Part shown: positions 62,901 to 64,000 of the stretch, in pieces
How the letters are laid out: each line of letters starts with the position of its first letter
How positions within the stretch are numbered: position 1 is the stretch's first letter
Source: Eledone cirrhosa
Lineage: Eukaryota
Direction: 5' to 3'
Length of the DNA: 64,000 nucleotides
Assembly (NCBI GenBank): GCA_964016885.1
Contig: OZ024744.1
Span: 43,276,001-43,340,000, forward strand
The notes under the pieces: model-generated
Databases searched by the model: none
What the model saw: the letters and a program-made list of their open reading frames with translations, nothing else
What the model was told of the DNA's origin: nothing
Translations under genes and position numbers: made by a program

Positions 62901-63854
62901 TTACATAAACTTAGAATGTATACAAATATACAATATAACGTCAATTTGATATTAATGTTGAAACACGTGTAATAGTTTTCTGTACTAACTGGTAGGAATG
63001 GGTTTGAAATACAACTTACTTTCTTTTGATCCACCTCTTATGTGTGTGCCTGAGTCAGAGACAAGGATCTCTACAGGAGTCACACCTGGAAAAAATATAC
63101 AGAAGAAAAGAATAATAAAAGCTAGAAGGCTTTCTTGAGAAGAGTTTGTTGTCAAGTTGAAGAAAGGGTAGAATGAGTTGTCATTTGTTTAATCAACTAG
63201 ATCAAATTATACGGTTTGATCTCTCAAGGACATGCTTACTTTTCCCACAAATCTAAAACTTCCAAAAAGAGTAAAGTGTGGTTAGTCATATTTGGGATGT
63301 CTTGAATTATGAGAGAAACATTCTACAGTTTCCTACTGGTCCTTAAAATCAGATTTATATAGTGGTTTACCAAATATTTAGGGTACTGGCAGATATAGTG
63401 GAGAAGAGGATGTAGCATATGAACAATGAAGGGTGACAAGAAATTGTGAAGAACTGTAGGATAAAATCTTGATAAAGAACAGAATACTGATCTCTGAAAT
63501 AATTCAATCTAACTCAATGAATCTAGTGTAACATTTATCTTCTCATTTGAATCACATGTAATGTCATTCTTTCTCAGTTATCTCTGATAATGCCCTAAAA
63601 AAGTCTAGCTATACTTTTGTCATCATTAAAAGGTCTTTGAGGAAGTCAATAAAATGTTTATTCTGGATTATTTTATGGAGGTTGTAATAGAGAGTTTGAT
63701 ATTGTTGACTGAATTAAGTAGTTATAAATTTACTGTTGAAAACCTAAATAAGTTACTGAATAACTTATTACATGATGTTTAAATTATAACTTACGCTTTT
63801 GAGAAGTTTCAGGCTTCATTGCAGCACTGGGAGGGTACACGGTAATATGGTCAC
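1..63854 (-). CDS. Internal part of a putative giant multi-exon gene: about 100 symmetric phase-1 short exons encoding a 62-aa Ser/Thr/Pro-rich repeat protein
   Basis: Each unit has three minus-strand segments bounded by YAG and GTAAGT, of 60, 60 and 66 nt, with a shared stop-free frame. I saw no indels or stops in any exon copy, whereas the introns carry many indels. No start, stop or transcript evidence is available in the window. Confidence 0.75.
319..432. repeat. CA-rich low-complexity intronic tract (GU-rich on the transcribed strand), present in every unit
   Basis: acacacacacagagattgcacactcacaaactcacactcacacaaacacaaac...; a 14-bp deletion variant occurs in units starting at 5318, 8879, 10651 and 15953. 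Confidence 0.85.
667..732 (-). CDS. Exon X3 (66 nt, phase 1-1): (R)VTPVEILVSDSGTHIRGGSKE; one per unit
   Basis: Minus strand reads cttttattattcttttcttctgtatatttttccag|GTGTGACTCC...GGATCAAAAGAAA|gtaagt. Strong polypyrimidine tract and consensus donor. The other two frames contain TGA. Confidence 0.8.
1426..1485 (-). CDS. Exon X2 (60 nt, phase 1-1): (G)DHITVYPPSAAMKPETSQK; one per unit
   Basis: Minus strand reads gttgtttatatattctag|GTGACCATATTACCGTG...CAAAAGC|gtaagt, with an open frame compatible with X3 and X1. Confidence 0.78.
1719..1778 (-). CDS. Exon X1 (60 nt, phase 1-1): (S)DHITQSPRIASMEAKSTKK; located at anchor-26 to anchor+33 of each unit
   Basis: Minus strand reads ttttgtttatatattctag|GTGACCATATTACACAG...AAAAAGG|gtaagt. 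Paralog of X2. Confidence 0.78.
3386..3448. repeat. Hypervariable compound (TA)n microsatellite in the X1-X2 intron (example copy)
   Basis: Alleles seen: short with one TT interruption (about 1641-1661), compound with two TT interruptions (here), long nearly pure (about 32214-32274), and (TA)n(GA)m (about 28129-28183 and 39787-39839). Confidence 0.95.
28914..28979 (-). CDS. Exon X3, B-type variant: VTPVEILVSDSGTYIRGGSKE (H>Y)
   Basis: Same splice signals; plus strand cttatgtatgtg instead of cttatgtgtgtg. Confidence 0.75.
29690..29749 (-). CDS. Exon X2, B-type variant: DHITVYPPSAAMKPETTQK(S)
   Basis: Plus strand acttactcttttgagtagt; splice signals intact. Confidence 0.75.
29928..30447. mobile_element. 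520-bp non-coding fold-back/MITE-like insertion in intronic (TA)n, copy 1
   Basis: Absent from A and C units. 159-bp inverted arms at 29928-30086 and 30256-30414 (a few mismatches in this copy); a second 46-bp inverted pair at 30204-30249 and 30402-30447; TA runs on both sides. Confidence 0.8.
30532..30591 (-). CDS. Exon X1 variant adjacent to the insertion: DHITQSPRIASMEPKSTKK(S)
   Basis: Plus strand acttactctttttagttgattttggctcc; A>P change and junction G>S change. Confidence 0.75.
34029..34548. mobile_element. 520-bp fold-back insertion, copy 2
   Basis: Same sequence and intronic site as copy 1; arms appear perfectly complementary. Confidence 0.8.
41584..42103. mobile_element. 520-bp fold-back insertion, copy 3
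   Basis: Same sequence and site; shares the cgttttattc variant with copy 1. Confidence 0.8.
45667..46186. mobile_element. 520-bp fold-back insertion, copy 4
   Basis: Same sequence and site. Confidence 0.8.
47963..48482. mobile_element. 520-bp fold-back insertion, copy 5
   Basis: Same sequence and site. Confidence 0.8.
51728..52247. mobile_element. 520-bp fold-back insertion, copy 6
   Basis: Same sequence and site. Confidence 0.8.
55825..56344. mobile_element. 520-bp fold-back insertion, copy 7
   Basis: Same sequence and site. Confidence 0.8.
58924..58989 (-). CDS. Exon X3, private variant: VTPVEIRVSDSGTHIRGGSKE (L>R)
   Basis: Plus strand gagacacgg (C at 58968); splice sites intact. Confidence 0.7.
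61725..62244. mobile_element. 520-bp fold-back insertion, copy 8
   Basis: Same sequence and site. Confidence 0.8.
62329..62388 (-). CDS. Exon X1 (EPK variant), 5'-most X1 copy in the window
   Basis: tag|GT...AAGA|gtaagt. Corresponds to the DHITQSPRIASMEPKSTKK segment embedded in the ORF-track entry 62318..62512. Confidence 0.75.
63020..63085 (-). CDS. Exon X3, 5'-most X3 copy in the window
   Basis: ttttttccag|GT...GAAA|gtaagt, same exon sequence as 667-732. Confidence 0.75.
63795..63854 (-). CDS. Exon X2, first exon of the window in transcription order
   Basis: ttctag|GT...AAGC|gtaagt, same exon sequence as 1426-1485. Confidence 0.75.
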
Positions 63855-64000
63855 CTAGAATATATAAACAACATCATAGTAAACCTACATGTATATATAT
63901 AAAAAACATTACAAATACATGGAATCAGTTATTAGATTGATTATCTCTGATATATAGATATATACACCAGGTGCAAAGACATATGGACCAAACTCCCACT

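Larger units (their letters stand above)
1..64000. repeat. Tandem macro-repeat array, about 34 units of 1.74-2.30 kb, extending past both window ends
   Basis: The anchor GAAGCAATGCGAGGGG recurs at 1, 1745, 3532, 5318, 7093, 8879, 10651, 12423, 14167, 15953, 17725, 19469, 21213, 23001, 24745, 26489, 28261, 30558, 32358, 34659, 36403, 38147, 39917, 42214, 44000, 46297, 48593, (one lost near 50170), 52358, 54158, 56455, 58258, 60058 and 62355. Units are near-identical. Confidence 0.99.
52358..64000. repeat. 5,900-bp higher-order repeat (C-B-C') present twice, the second copy truncated by the window end
   Basis: Anchors 52358/58258, 54158/60058 and 56455/62355 are each exactly 5,900 apart. Private variants aaggtgtttg, tatatttagag, aacaaaacat, ccactgtcat and gatgtagc recur at the same offset. 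Confidence 0.93.

Noticed and set aside
1-64000. CRISPR array, or rDNA/5S/snRNA/tRNA/histone tandem cluster
   Set aside because: No short repeats with unique spacers, and I recognised no structural RNA or histone sequence in the unit. An Rfam scan would be the formal check.
1-64000. Purely non-coding (e.g. centromeric) satellite
   Set aside because: Does not explain three same-strand, same-phase, 3n-length open segments with consensus splice sites that are spared from indels. Not fully excluded without transcript data.

Overview
Eukaryotic, AT-rich DNA made entirely of a head-to-tail tandem array of about 34 units. Most units are 1.74-1.80 kb; those carrying a 520-bp insertion are about 2.3 kb. 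It looks like a non-coding macrosatellite, but the minus strand of each unit carries three short exon-like segments (60, 60 and 66 nt). Each has a pyrimidine-rich ...YAG acceptor and a GTAAGT donor, all are phase 1-1, and all are open in the same frame. Spliced, they give a 62-aa repeat: S-DHITQSPRIASMEAKSTKK-G-DHITVYPPSAAMKPETSQK-R-VTPVEILVSDSGTHIRGGSKE. The window therefore appears to be the interior of a very large gene with about 100 tandem short exons here (about 2,070 aa if all are included), with no start or stop visible. The two paralogous 60-nt exons are about 27% diverged while their flanking introns are about 7% diverged. Three unit subfamilies (A, B, C) form higher-order repeats. 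B units carry a fold-back (MITE-like) element with 159-bp inverted arms inside an intronic (TA)n tract. One unequal crossover deleted a single exon in frame. I cannot identify the gene or the organism, and the exon model comes from sequence signals alone, without transcript data.
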